Positions 26,475 to 43,543 of a stretch of DNA of 64,000 nt are shown here, one piece after another. The translations under genes and the position numbers were made by a program. Source of the DNA: Malacoraja senta (lineage: Eukaryota); assembly GCA_038087875.1 (NCBI GenBank), contig CM075997.1, positions 5,024,001-5,088,000 on the forward strand. Reading direction: 5' to 3'. A model generated the notes under the pieces. It saw nothing but the letters and a program-made list of their open reading frames with translations. It had not been told where the DNA came from and did not search any database. Every line of letters starts with the position of its first letter. Position 1 is the stretch's first letter.

Positions 26475-29400
26475 GGACTCAAATAGAGAATGCTATTAGA
26501 CAGTGTGTGAGGCAGGAGGCAGAGAAGGAAAGCACTCAGACCCAACATGTAGGGGGGAAAGAAGAAAACAATAATAAACAGAGAATAAGAGGTGGTGGGG
26601 TTCTTAAATGGGTGAGCAGAGGAACAGAGGGGTGTAAAATGCGGGCGGAAGCAATAGGTAGCAAGGTGAAAAGTAAAAGTGGCAGGCAGACAAATCCAGG
26701 GCAAAAATCAAAAAGGGCCACTTTTCAACATAATTGTATAAGGGGTAAGAGCGTTGTAAAAACAAGCCTGAAGGCTTTGTGTCTCAATGCAAGGAGCATT
26801 CGTAATAAGGTGGATGAGTTGAATGTGCAGATAGCAATTAATGATTATGATATAGTTGGGATCACGGAGACATGGCTCCAGGGTGATCAAGGCTGGGAGC
26901 TGAACATCCAGGGATATTCAATATTCAGGAGGGATAGAGAGAAAGGAAAAGGAGGTGGGGTAGCGTTGCTGGTTAGAGAGGAGATTAACGCAGTGGAAAG
27001 GAAGGACATTAGCTTGGAGGATGTGGAATCGGTATGGGTAGAGCTGCGAAACACTAAGTGGCAGAAAACGCTGGTGGGTGTTGTGTACAGGCCACCTAGC
27101 AGTAGTAGTGAAGTTGGGGATGGCATCAAACAGGAAATTAGAAATGCGTGCAACAAAGGCAAAACAGTTATAATGGGTGACTTCAATCTACATATAGATT
27201 GGGTGAATCAAATTGGCAGGGATGCTGAGGAAGAGGGTTTCTTGGAATGTATGCGGGATAGTTATCTAAACCAACATGTAGAGGAACCAACGAGAGAGCA
27301 GGCTATTCTAGACTGGGTATTGAGTAATGAGGAAGGATTAGTTAGCAGTCTTGTTGTGCGTGCCCCCTTGGGCAAGAGTGACCATAATATGGTTGAGTTC
27401 TTCATTAGGATGGAGAGTGACATTGTTAATTCAGAAACAACGGTTCTGAACTTAAAGAAAGGTAACTTTGAGGGTATGAGACGTGAATTGGCCAAGATTG
27501 ACTGGCAATTAGTTCTAAAAGGGTTGACGGTGGATATGCAATGGAAGGCATTTAAAGACTGCATGGATGAACTACAAAAATTGTTCATCCCAGTTTGGCA
27601 AAAGAAGAAATCAGGGAAGGTAGTGCATCCGTGGATAACAAGGGAAATCAGGGATAGTATCAAAGGAAAAGATGATGCGTACAAATTAGCCAGAAAAAGC
27701 AGCATACCAGAGGACTGGGAGAAATTCAGAGACCAGCAGAGGAAGACAAAGGGCTTAATTAGGAAAGGGAAAATAGATTATGAAAGGAAACTGGCAGGGA
27801 ACATAAAAACTGACGGCAAAAGTTTTTATAGATATGTGAAGAGAAAGAGATTAGTTAAAACAAATGTAGGTCCCTTGCAGTCAGAAACGGGTGAATTGAT
27901 CATGGGGAACAAGGATATGGCAGACCAATTGAATAACTACTTTGGTTCCGTCTTCACTAAGGAAGACATAAATAATCTGCCGGAAATAGCAGGGGGCCGA
28001 GGGTCAAAGGAGATGGAGGAACTGAGTGAAATCCAGGTTAGTCGGGAAGTGGTGTTGGGTAAATTGAATGGATAAAAGGCCGATAAATCACCAGGGCCAG
28101 ATAGGCTGCATCCCAGAGTACTTAAGGAAGTAGCTCCTGAAATAGTGGATGCATTAGTGATAATTTTTCAAAACTCTTTAGATTCTGGAGTAGTTCCTGA
28201 GGATTGGAGGGTAGCAAACGTAACCCCACTTTTTAAGAAGGGAGGGAGAGAGAAAACGGGGAATTACAGACCAGTTAGTCTAACATCGGTAGTGGGGAAA
28301 CTAACTGCTAGAGTCACTTATTAAAGATGGGATAGCAGCACATTTGGAAAGTGGTGAAATCATTGGACAAAGTCAGCATGGATTTACGAAAGGTAAATCA
28401 TGTCTGACGAATCTTATAGAATTTTTCGAGGATGTAACTAGTAGAGTGGATAGGGGAGAACCAGTGGATGTGTTGTATCTGGACTTTCAGAAGGCTTTCG
28501 ACAAGGTACCACATAAGAGATTAGTATACAAACTTAAAGCACACGATATTGGGGGTTCAGTATTGATGTGGATAGAGAACTAGCTGGCAAACAGGAAGCA
28601 AAGAGTAGGAGTAAACGGATCCTTTTCACAATGGCAGGCAGTGACTAGTGGGTACCGCAAGGCTCAGTGCTGGGACCCCAGCTATTTACAATTTATATTA
28701 ATGAGCTGGATGAGGGAATTGAAGGCTACATCTCCAAGTTTGCGGATGACAGTAAGCTGGGGGGCAGTGTTAGCTGTGAGGAGGATGCTAGGAGACTGCA
28801 AGGTGACTTGGATAGGCTGGGTGAGTGGGCAAATGTTTGGCAGATGCAGTATAATGTGGATAAATGTGAGGTTATCCACTTTGGTGGCAAAAACAGGAAA
28901 GCAGACTATTATCTAAATGGTGGCCGATTAGGAAATGGGGAGATGCAGCGAGACCTGGGTGTCATGGTACACCAGTCATTGAAAGTAGGCATGCAGGTGC
29001 AGCAGGCAGTGAAGAAAGCGAATGGTATGTTAGCTTTCATAGCAAAAGGATTTGAGTATAGGAGCATGGAGGTTCTGCTGCAGTTGTACAGGGTCTTGGT
29101 GAGACCACACCTGGAGTATTGCGTACAGTTTTGGTCTCCAAATCTGAGGAAGGACATTAAAGCCATAGAGGGAGTGCAGAGAAGGTTCACCAGACTGATT
29201 CCTGGGATGTCAGGACTTTCATATGAAGAAAGACTGGATAGACTTGGCTTATACTCGCTAGAATTTAGGAGATTGAGAGGGGATCTTATAGAAACGTACA
29301 AAATTCTTATGGGGTTGGACAGGCTAGATGCAGGAAGATTGTTCCCGATGTTGGGGAAGTCCAGGACAAGGGGTCACAGCTTAAGGATAAGGGGGAAATC

Positions 29401-29678
29401 CTTTAAGACCGAGATGAGGAAAAACGTTTTCACACAAAGAGTGGTGAATCTCTGGAACTCTCTGCCACAGAGGGTAGTTGAGGCCAGTTCATTGGCTATA
29501 TTTAAGAGGGAGTTAGATGTGGCCCTTGTGGCTAAGGGGATCAGGGGGTATGGAGAGAAGGCAGGTACGGGATACTGAGTTGGATGATCAGCCATGATCA
29601 TATTGAATGGCGGTGCAGGCTCGAAGGGCCGAATGGCCTACTCCTGCACCTATTTTCTATGTATCTATGTATCTATGT
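26475..29678 (+). mobile_element. 5'-truncated CR1-clade LINE (HER1-related) with nearly complete but disabled ORF2 (APE endonuclease plus reverse transcriptase)
   Basis: APE motifs CLNARS, ITETW, GGGVAL, VYRPP, GDFN, SDH (ORF 26507-28075). RT motifs YLDFQKAFDKV and SKFADD, and CR1 C-terminus [15 protein letters not shown]. Stops at 28073 and 28581, frameshifts near 28300 and 28650. 3' tail (TCTATGTA)n, possible AAG TSD. Confidence 0.95.
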
Positions 29679-30171
29679 AAGTTATTCACTCAGAGGGCAG
29701 TCCCTATCTTCAACGAGCTGCCAGTGGAAGCCCAAAAGAGGATTCAATTACGACTTTTAAAATACATTTGAATAGATATATGTGTAGGAAGGAACTGCAG
29801 ATGCTGGTTTAAATCGAACATAGACACAAAATGCTGGAGTCACTCGACCCAAAACGTCACCTATTCCTTCTCTCCAGAGATGCTGCCTGACCCACTGAGT
29901 TACTCCAGCATTTTGTGTCTATCTTGGATAGGAAGGGTTTTAGAGGGTTATGGGCCAAATGCAGGTAAACGGGATTAGCCCAGTGTGCTAATGTGGTTAG
30001 CATGGGCAAGGTGGGCCAAAGGGCCTGTTTCCACGCTGCATATCTCCATGACTGTGATCAGACTTCTGAACGGTCCTTCCATAGGCTGGGGTACAGTCTC
30101 GATTCACCACCACATCTCATTGCGGACATTGGACTTCATCTCTTGGACTCTTCAATACACTGTTGAAAAAG

Positions 30172-30650
30172 TTTGCAGCGAATTGTGGACGCAGCCCAGA
30201 CCATCACACAAACCAACCTCCCTTCCATTGTCTCCATCTACACCTCACGCTGCCTCTGCAAGGCCAGCGGCATCATCAAGGACGAGTCGCACCCCGGCCA
30301 CTCCCTCTTCTCCCCTCTCCCATCGGGCAAAAGGTATAGAAGTATGAAAACGCACACCTCCAGATTCAGGGACAGTTTCTTCCCAGCTGTTATCAGGCAA
30401 CTGAACAATCCTACCACAACCAGAGAGCAGTGCTGAACTACTATCTACCTCACTGGTGACCCTCGGACTATCCTTGACCAGACTTTGCTGGCTTTACCTT
30501 GCACTAAACGTTATTCCCTTATCATGTATCTGTACACTGTAAATGGCTCGATTGTAATCATGTATTGTCTTACCGCTGACTGGTTAGCTCACAACAAAAG
30601 CTTTTCACTGTACCTCGGTACACGTGACAATAAACTAAACTAAACTAAAT
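30172..30650 (+). mobile_element. Rex1/Babar-like LINE 3' end; other copies at ~830-1145 (+), 7130-7400 (-), 8250-8760 (-), 13210-13560 (-), 15400-15805 (+), 16620-17022 (+), 52035-52432 (-)
   Basis: IIKDESHPGHSLFSPLPSGKRYRS..T.RFRDSFFPAVIR.LN (DUF1891-type C-terminus); 3' end gtgacAATAAA(ctaaa)n. Confidence 0.8.
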
Positions 30651-30783
30651 ATATTCTACACTTTGGTCTTTTTCTTTTCTCTCCACCTTTCTACTTGTGT
30701 TTGGTTTCATTGTATTCATGTATATGTATGTGTGTGTGTGTATGTATGTATCGGGTGGCACAGCGTTAGAGTTGCTGCCTCAC

Positions 30784-32024
30784 TACAATGGGATAGACTA
30801 GGAATTAAAATGTTCGGAGACTTGTATGAAACTGGAAAATTACTATCATTCCAACAATTACAAATAAAATATAAGCTGGGAAATTATCAATACTTTAAAT
30901 ATTTTCAAATATGTGATTATCTGAAAAAATATACAAAAGATCATTATAACATCCCACCAGATGTACTGGACGAAGCAATGCAGATAAAAGCTGAATCAGC
31001 AAACTTAATATCGTATTTGTATAATATTATCTTAAATGTAGAAATACCATCTACGGAAGGTATTAGAAGAGACTGGGAACAAGAATTAGCTATTAAAATT
31101 TCAAAGGAAAGGTGGAATGAACATTTATTAAACGTGCATAAATGCTCGATTAATGTAAGACACACTTTAATACAATTCAAAATTTTACACAGATTATATT
31201 ATTCAAAAACTAAAAGTAATAAAATTTTCCCCAATGTATCATCTATTTGCGATAAATGTCAATCTCAAGAAGCTACTATAGCGCACTCATTTGTTTTTTG
31301 TTCAAAAATTCAAAAATTTTGGATTGAAATTTTTGAAATCTTTCCAAAATTATTTAAAATAAAACTGACACCAAAAGCAGAATGGATTATCTTCGGAACA
31401 ACGGAAGATAGCCCTGAACTAAATGTGTTTCAAAAGAAATTAGTTGATTACGGGTTAATAACTGGAAAAAAGCTTATCCTAAAATTCTGGAAAAAGGCTC
31501 CAATACCAACTATAAACATGTGGATTTCAAATATGTTTGAAACATTACACCTAGAAGAGATAAGACTCCTCCTGGCAGGTAAACCAGATCACTTCCACCT
31601 GACGTGGTCTGCATTTATAGAACTATTACAAGCATAAGGTGCAAAAGTACCTTAAAAAGTAGCGATGTCAGGTAAAGGGCGAGTTGGTTTATCCCATTTG
31701 CGTGATGCTCATAATAAAGTCCTTGTTTTTTTTCTTTTCTCTTCTTTCTCTTTTTTTCTTCTTTAGGGTCTATCTCTTCATCTTTTCTCTTTAATTTCTT
31801 TTCTACAGGGTCTCTGTTCTTTCCTGTTGACACGTTTTTACACCTTCACTATTTTCCTTCACTTTCTCTTTTCTCTTAATTTCAACCTTTTCTCTTTATT
31901 AGTTTTAAAAAATGACAGAGTACATTAATTGTAATAAGATATACGTGATGAGTACTAATGTAATTGGTTGTAATTTAATGTACTTCTAATAAATAATATA
32001 TTTTTAAAAATTTAAATAAAATAA
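30784..32024 (+). mobile_element. 5'-truncated L1/Tx1-clade LINE (ORF2 C-terminus with CCHC zinc knuckle, 3' UTR) inserted into a SINE
   Basis: Open frame to 31637 containing CDKC-x7-H-x4-C followed by FW. T-rich 3' UTR, AATAAA at 31988-31993, A-rich tail, perfect 16-bp TSD AGAGTTGCTGCCTCAC at 30768-30783 and 32025-32040. Confidence 0.92.
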
Positions 32025-33194
32025 AGAGTTGCTGCCTCACAGCGCCAGAGTCCCGGGTGCGATCCTGACTACGGGAGCTGTCTGTACGGAGTTTGTACGT
32101 TCTCACCGTGACCGCGTGGGTTTTCTCCAAGATCTTCGGTTTCCTCCACACTCCAAAGACGCACATGTTTGTAGGTTAATTGGCTTCGGTAAAATTGTAA
32201 ATTGTCCCCAGTGTGTGGGTGTAGGGGTACAGGGAAAAGGTTTTGTTGCATGCTATCCAGTCAGCGGACAGATGATACATGACACATGATAGTGTTAGTG
32301 TGCGGGGATCGCTGATTGCCACGGATCTGGTGGGCCAAAGGGCCTGTTTTTGCTCTGCATCTCTAAACTAAACTAAAATAATATTGTCTGATTAGATTGG
32401 ATGGCATGCAAAACAAAGCTCATCAATATACTTGGTACAGGTGGCAATTGGGTACACGGTGACGCAGCGGTAGAGTTGCTGCCTCACAGCGCCAGAGACC
32501 GGGGTTCCATCCCGACTACGGGTGCTGTCTGTACGGAGTTTGTACGTTCTCCCGTGACCTGCGTGGGTTTTCTCCGGGTGCTCCCATTTCCTCCCACACT
32601 CCAAAGACGTGCAAATTTGTAGATTAATTGGCTTGGTATAAGTTTAAATTTTCCCCAGTGTGTGTCGGATAGCGTTAATGTGCGGAGATCGCTGGTCGGT
32701 GCGGACTCAGTGGGACTGTTTCTGAGCTGTATCTCTAAAAAAATAAGTAATATTAAGACAAATCGTAAACCTCTGAGGCTAAGAGGTTGTATTAATGCGT
32801 GGAGGCACGGTGGAGCTCACATACTGGAAACAGACAGAAAACAAAGTGCTGGAAGAACTCGTTCAATTCAGTAATTCAATGATACCTTATAGTCACGTGG
32901 TGCAGTGAGATGCTTTGCTTAGCATACAACCCGGTAAACCCATCCGGCACATCTTGCCGAGGCTTCTACACAAGTGTCGCCACCGTTTGGTGCCAACATA
33001 GTTATAAAAGTTTGCCGAACAGTTTCCATCTACTGCATGCCGCCGTATGTGGCAGCAGCCCCCCTACCTTCCCCCCACCCCTCCACTCCGTCCCACCTAC
33101 CTCCCCCCCTCCATCCCCCCTACTCCCCTCCATCCCCCCAACTGGCGGGTTCCCCTTCATTCTCGGCGGCTCGCCGCCGCGTAGCGCTGCAACG

Positions 33195-33880
33195 GCTCCC
33201 CCTCTCTCTCCAACGTCCCCCCTCTCTCTCCAACGCCCCCCCCCCTCTCCAACGCCCCCCCCTCTCTCTCCAACGCCCCCCTCTCTCTCCAACGCCCCCC
33301 TCTCTCTCCAATGCCCCCCCTCTCTCTCCAACGCCCCCCTCTCTCTCTCCAACGCCCCCCCTCTCTCTCCAACGCCCCCCCTCTCTCTCCAATGCCCCCC
33401 CTCTCTCTCCACGCCCCCCTCTCTCTCCAACGCCCCCCCTCTCTCTCCAACGCCCCCACCTCTCTCTCCAACGCCCCCCCTCTCTCTCCAACGCCCCCCC
33501 TCTCTCCAACGCCCCCCCTCTCTCTCCAACGCCCCCCTCTCTCTCCAACGCCCCCCCTCTCTCCAACGCCCCCCCCTCTCTCCAACACCCCCCCTCTCTC
33601 TCCAACAGCCCCCCTCTCCAATGGCACCCCCACTCTCAGACAGCCCTCCTCTCTCCGTCGGCCCCCCCGCTCTCTCCGACAGCCCCCCTCTCTCTCAGAC
33701 GCCCCCCCTCAATCTCAGACAGCCCCCCTCTCTCTCAGACGGCCCACCCCTCTCTCCAACAGCCCCCCCTTCTCTCAGATGCCCCCCCTCTCTCTCTCCA
33801 ATGGCCCCCACCCCTTCTCTCAGACGGCCCCCCTCTCTCTCCATCGGCCCCCATCGCTCTGTGACCCCCCCCCCTCACTC
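33195..33880. repeat. C-rich minisatellite, ~18-21 bp unit (CCCCCCTCTCTCTCCAACG), degenerating toward the 3' end
   Basis: Directly visible tandem units. Confidence 0.95.
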
Positions 33881-34631
33881 TCAGCGGGTCAGGCAGCATC
33901 TCTGGAGGATGTTGACAGGCGACATTTTGGTTGGGGGCCCTCCTTCAGATACGCTGTATGAGGAAGCCTCTGCACTGCTCCTGTCTCTGAGGAGATTTCT
34001 GTGAATCCCCTTTCTCTCTCTCTCTCTCTCTCTCTGCTCCCCCCTCCGTGTGATACCTGCTCCCCCCCCCCACTCCGCTCTTCAACCATGTTCTGACCTG
34101 GCCTGCTGGGTGAGGAAGGGTCCCGACCCGGAAGGCTACCTGTCGACATCCTCAACAGATGCTACCCGAGACGCAGAGTTCCTCCAGCACTTCCGAATAG
34201 TGAAAGGCCTGGATAGAGTGGACGTGGAGAGGATGTTTCCACCAGTGGGAGAGTCTAGGACTGGAGGGCACAGCCTCAGAATTAAAGGACATAAAGGTTG
34301 GAATTTCTTTAGTCAGAGGGTGGTGAATCTGTGGAATTCTTTACCACAGAAGGCTGTGGAGGACAAGGCAGTGGATATATTTAAGGCAGAGATTGATAGA
34401 TTCTTGATTAGTACGGGTGTCAGAGGTTATGGGGAGATGGCAGGAGAATGGGGTTAGGAGAGATAGATCAGCCATGATTGAATGGCGTAGACGATGGGCC
34501 GAATGGCCTAATTCTGCTCCTATCACTTGGTATTCTGCGCATCTCTGTCCTGCAGTTACTGGTGCCCGCTCTCAGCGAGTTCCTCCAGCACTTTGTTATT
34601 TGTACATTCATGCATTCTTGTTGAAGAACAG

Positions 34632-34953
34632 GGCGGTCACGGTGGCGCAGCGGTAGAGTTGCTGCCTCACAGCGAATGCAGCGCCGGAGACCCGGTTCGA
34701 ACCCGACTACGGGTGCTGTCTGTACGGAGTTTGTACGTTCTCCCCGTGACCTGCGTGGGTTTTCTCCGAGATCTTCGGTTTCCTCCCACACTCCAAAGAC
34801 GTGCGTGTTTGTAGGTAAATTGGCTTGGTGTAAATGTAAATTGACCCTGGTGACTGTTGGATAGTGTTAATGTGCGGGGATCGCTGGTCGGCGCGGACTC
34901 GATGGGCCGAAGGGCCTGTTTGCGCGCTGTATCTCTAAACTAAACTAAACTAA
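34632..34953 (+). mobile_element. tRNA-derived V-SINE (HE1-like), full-length example
   Basis: A-box TGGCGCAGCGG, B-box GGTTCGAACCC, V-core gtacggagtttgtacgttctccccgtg, CR1-like tail and (CTAAA)n. About 20 further copies, e.g. 7409-7720, 9690-9980, 12409-12912, 17525-17905, 32452-32740, 43893-44222 (+); 10195-10495, 18755-19042, 23435-23735, 41455-41760, 44685-44880, 51550-51730, 63592-63900 (-). Confidence 0.88.
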
Positions 34954-35194
34954 CGAGAGAGATGAAGGGAGAAGGAGATCAACTTTCTCTTCATGGAAAG
35001 GTCATTGTCTGAGGCTGGAACCCGACTCTGAGGTATTGTTGTACGCTGCGGTTACGGAGCCTGGATTTGCAAATGAAAGCTAATCTCACAGAATGGAGGC
35101 CGGTCCTTCCCTTTACTAATCTCCCCGCGCTCTCTAGACCTGGCGAGCAATCGCTCTCCCCTCTCTCTCCGCTCTGCTCTCACTCAGTTCAGGG

Positions 35195-37495
<2,301 letters not shown>

Positions 37496-37719
37496 TGGCT
37501 GTGGAGGTTCCTCCCTTTGCTAATCTCTCTCCTCTGTGTAGACGTGTGTGGTCCCTCTCTCTCCCCTCTGTGTAGACGTGCGTGGTCGTTCGTTCCCGTC
37601 TATCTCCGCTCTGCTCTCACTGTTCGGTGTAGATGGTCACCTGTACTGAGGTACAGCGCGAGGTTTGGTGAACACTGCGAGCTGCCCCACTGACCGCTGC
37701 CTCCTCTCTCCGGCCACAG

Positions 37720-37901
37720 GAAGTCCCGGCATGAGTGCCAGAGCGTGCTGGTCCCCAAGGCTTCGCAGCGGCAGTGCCGACGCCGTATGACCTGCCCCAG
37801 CCCTGCCGAGATCAGCAAAGCCAAGGCCATCATGTCCATGAGCCCCCTCACCAAGGCCCTCACTCTCAACGAGCTCCTCAACAAATGCATCCAGTCCTTC
37901 G
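37720..37901 (+). CDS. RASGRP4: RASGRP4-like exon 2 (N-terminus and start of the REM/RasGEF_N domain)
   Basis: Branch-like CTGAC, pyrimidine tract and CAG acceptor at 37717-37719; donor G|GTGAGT at 37901/37902. Translation (R)KSRHECQSVLVPKASQRQCRRRMTCPSPAEISKAKAIMSMSPLTKALTLNELLNKCIQSF resembles recalled mammalian RASGRP4 (RKSHQEC...RRHKTCPSPREISK...DELLEKCIQSF). Confidence 0.88.
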
Positions 37902-37914
37902 GTGAGTGCCCCCT

Positions 37915-39392
<1,478 letters not shown>

Positions 39393-39410
39393 AGTACTGT
39401 GGCTGCAGCC

Positions 39411-39553
39411 TGTGTGTGCGTCAGTGTGCGTGTCAGTGTGTGTTCGTGTCAGTGTGCGTGTCAGTGTGTGTTCGTGTCAGTGTGCGTGTAAGTGTGTGTG
39501 TGTGTGTGTGTGTGTGCATGTCAGTGTGAGTGTGTGCGTGTCAGTGTGTGTGT

Positions 39554-39586
<33 letters not shown>

Positions 39587-39961
39587 AGTGTGCGTGTGTG
39601 CATGTCAGTGTGAGTGTGTGCGTGTCAGTGTGCGTGTCAGTGTCTGTGTGTCAGTGTGTGTGTGTGTGTGTGTGTGTGTGTCAGTGTATGTGTGTGTCAG
39701 TGTGTCAGTGTGTGTGTGTGTGTGTTAGCGTGTGTGTGTGCATGTCAGTGTGAGTGTGTGCATGTCAGTGTGTGTGTGTGTGTGTGTGTGTGTGTCAGTG
39801 TGCGTGTCAGTGTGTGTGTGTCAGTGTGTGTGTGTGTGTGTGTGTGCATGTCAGTGTGAGTGTGCGTGTCAGTGTGTGTGTCAGTGTGTGTGTGTGTGTG
39901 TGTGTGTCAGTGTGCGTGTGTGCATGTCAGTGTGAGTGTGTGCGTGTCAGTGTGCGTGTCA

Positions 39962-39993
<32 letters not shown>

Positions 39994-40075
39994 CAGTGTG
40001 TGTGTGTGTGTGTGTGTGTGTTAGCGTGTGTGTGTGCATGTCAGTGTGAGTGTGTGCATGTCAGTGTGTGTGTCA

Positions 40076-40107
<32 letters not shown>

Positions 40108-40121
40108 CAGTGTGTGTGTGT

Positions 40122-40187
<66 letters not shown>

Positions 40188-40262
40188 AATGTCAGTGTGT
40201 GTGTGTGTGTACATGTCATGTGTGTGTGTGGTGTGTGTACATGTCAGTGTGAGTGTGCATGT
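39411..40262. repeat. Interrupted (GT)n array
   Basis: Directly visible. Confidence 0.97.
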
Positions 40263-41761
40263 GGCTGGGGTATCTGAGTGAATGGCTACATTTGCGTTTG
40301 ACAAACAAGCCAGTGCTGTGTAGAACAGTTGTGATGAAGTGGAGCTGTGGTCTTCACTAGCTGCAGCTCACAAGGTCAATGGCAGGTACTGAAGGCGTTG
40401 CTATGTGACTGCACGCTAACACACCATGGCCTGACCTCGTTACCTTCACTAACGTCTGGGGAACATTACAAGTGACCATTTCGCCAGCTGACAATAGAGG
40501 GACACACATCTCAACTTGGTTTCACTCTGCAGCTCCCATCCCCTCTCCTGCATCCAAACACTCCCAGCGGATTCAACCGGAATGCAGCAACACATTGACA
40601 AAGTACTCGTCAGGTCATAAGTGAGGACATAGGAGCAAAATAGGCCATTCGGCCCATCGAGTCCTACTCCGTCATTCAATCATGGCTGATCTATCTCTCT
40701 CTCCGAACCCCATTCCCCTGCCTTCTCCCCATAACCTCTGACACCCGCACTAATTGTGAATCTATCTATCTCTGCCTTAAAAATATCCACTGACATGGCC
40801 TCCACAGCCTTCTGTGGCAATGAATTCCACAGATTCACCACCATCTGGCTAAAGAAATTCCTCCTCATCTCCTTTCTAAAGGTACGTCCTTTAATTCTGA
40901 GGCTGTGACCTCTGGTCCTAGACTCTCCCACCAGTGGAAACATCCTCTCCACATCACTCCATCTAGTATTACTGGAAATGCTCAGCTGGTCAGGCAGCAT
41001 CCATGGACGAGAACGAGCTAACATTCAAGGGTGGAGGCCTTTCATCAGGTCATAAGGAATAGGAGTAGAATTGGGCCATTCGGCCATCAAGTCTACTCCA
41101 CCATTCAATCATGGCTGACCTATCTCTCCCTCCTAACCCCATTCTCCTGCCTTCTCCCCATAACCCCTGACACCCGCGCTGATGAAGAAAGTGGGGAGTG
41201 AGGAGAAAATGGGGGATAGAAATCCTGTCACAAGGCACTGGGGGACAGATTAATGAGGCTTGAACAGAACACACAATGCTGGAGTAACTCAGCGGGTCAG
41301 GCAGCATCTGCGGAGGCAATGAATGGACAGGCTACGTTTCAGGTCTTGTTCCATGAGTGCAGGGTATCTGGCCTTGCCCCACTGTTTCCCACTTGCCTGC
41401 TTTGCCATAAGGATATCTTTATGATGTCCGATTTGAAAAGAAAATGTATTTCAGTTTAGGTTAGTTTAGAGATACAATGCGGAAACAGGCCCTTCGGCCC
41501 ATCGAGACCGAGCCGACCAGCGATCCCGCACATTAATGCTATCCTACACACACTAGGGACAATTTACAATTTTACCAAGACAATTAACCTACAAACCTGA
41601 ACGGCTTTGGAGTGTGGGAGGAACACGGAGATCCCGGAGAAAACCCCGCAGATCACGGGGAGAACGTACAACTCCGTACAGGCTGCACCCGTAGTCAGGA
41701 TCGAACCCGGGTTTATGGCGCTGTAAAAGGCAGCAAATTTACCGCTGCGCCACCTTGCCGC

Positions 41762-42135
41762 CCCATAGTTGGGTTGTAAGCGGCCCATATTAAATATGAG
41801 TTCCTCCAGTTTGCGTGTCACCTCACTCTGGCAATGGAGGAGGCCCAGGACGGAAAGGTCAGTGTGGGAATGGGAAGGGGAGTTAAAGTGTTTGGCATCC
41901 GGGAGATCCAATAGCCATTGGCAGACCGAGCGCACGTTTTCGGTAAAGCGCTCGCCGAGTCTAGGCTTGGTATCGCCGATATATAGGAGCCCACACTGGG
42001 AACACTGGATGCAGTAGATGAGGTTAGAGGAGGTGCACATGAACCTCTGTCTCACCTGGAAGGAAGGCTGGGGTCCCTGGTTGGAGACGAGGGGAGTGGT
42101 TTAGGAACAGTTGGTACATCTCCTGCAATTGCTAC
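41762..42135 (-). mobile_element. Penelope-like element fragment (GIY-YIG endonuclease); further pieces at ~47750-47900 and 63905-64000
   Basis: FMCTSSNLIYCIQCSQCGLLYIGDTKPRLGERF..HFNSPSHS..RKLEE.LIF..G.LQP, typical of the PLE GIY-YIG C-terminus. Confidence 0.85.
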
Positions 42136-42504
42136 CTGAGAAATTCCTCCTCATCTCCTTTCTAACGGTACGTCATTTTACTCTGAAGCTGTGGCCTCTG
42201 GTCCCAGACTCTCCCACTGGTGGAAACATGCTCTCCACATCCACTCTATCCAGGCCTTTCACTGTTCGATAAGCTTCAAGGAGGTCCCTCCTTCATCCTT
42301 CCAAACTCCAGCAAGTACAGGCCCAGTGCCGACAAACGCTCATCATAGGTTAACCCACTCATTATGAAGTTGACTGCAGATTGTACCCAATGATGGACCA
42401 TGAAAAGCAATGTGCAATCTCTCGAATGGACAAAGGACATTTATTGCCACATACACCAACTGGTGCAGTGAAATTGGAGTTGCCATTTGCAGCACACCTA
42501 TACA

Positions 42505-43543
42505 TAGCAATGTTACAACATTTTGAGATTTTAAAAATAAAGTCTGCAATTTATCCCATCAGATAAAGCATAAAAAGAAGTTTAATTTGACACCTAATTC
42601 ACTTTCATATCTTCAGTATTAAGAAGTTATGGCCATTTTCATACTCAGAAATTAGCATCTTGTTCCCTATTGGTTTTCCATTGACTTAACACAAAAGCTG
42701 TGATCGAGGACAGTTAAAAGCCCATAACTTTCTTAAAAATTAAGATAACTGAAAGAAATTTTCAGTTATTATAGATTGAAGCATTCTGAAACAAATATGA
42801 AACAATCTTACTTAGAAGACATGAAAGTAAAGCATATAATTAGTTAGTTACCTAATTGTAGCTAATTACAAAATTCAATTACTAGATCTAAACATCTATC
42901 AATTTCTTAAGAATAGATTAACATTTTTAAATAGCCTAAGTGTCCAAATAACATTCACACAATAATTCACAATATAACATAATTTTTAAATCTCATTTTC
43001 ATGAATTTACAGGCCAAATGGAAGGAATTGAATGTTTAATACCTGTAAATTAATGGGGATTTAAATCATCTTGTGAGTGAGGATTTCTGAACGCGATCTT
43101 TTGGAACGTTCATTTGCGGTGAATTTAACCCCGTATTGGCATGAAAAATACTGCCGTTAATTCGGGGGATAAAATCACCGTGTCGCATGAAAAAATGTGA
43201 ATTAAAGGCTTCTTAAGAAGCACTTTTATACATTTAAAGAAACCACTTTCGTTTACCTGTCCCGCGTGTGAAATCCGTCCCCGTTATCGGCGTTGACGCT
43301 TCAGGAGCTGATTTTAAAATTACTCTAGCGCTGACATTGACGATTTAATAAAAATAAAAAATACACAAAAGGCCACTAGGAACGATTTGTCAGCCAAGGC
43401 TTGTACTCCAACAAAATATTAACCAGGACAAGGAGGAGAAACCCGCGTTTTAACCCCGCCCCCCCCTTAAAGGCGCCAAAATCGCGCACAAGGCCAGTGG
43501 CAGAATTACAGCGCGACTGAAGGTAAGTTTAGTAACATACCTA
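42505..43543. mobile_element. Unclassified non-autonomous DNA transposon, 1039 bp
   Basis: Imperfect TIRs TAGCAATGTTACAA / TAGGTATGTTACTA (reverse complement of the right end), 7-bp TSD CTATACA at 42498-42504 and 43544-43550. AT-rich, no ORF. Confidence 0.65.

Noticed and set aside
32910..34004. Pro/Ser-rich extensin-like ORFs
   Set aside because: Translation of the C-rich minisatellite; open in several frames.
34632..34710. tRNA genes at the SINE heads
   Set aside because: A and B boxes are present, but they continue into SINE core and LINE-like tail; no complete cloverleaf.
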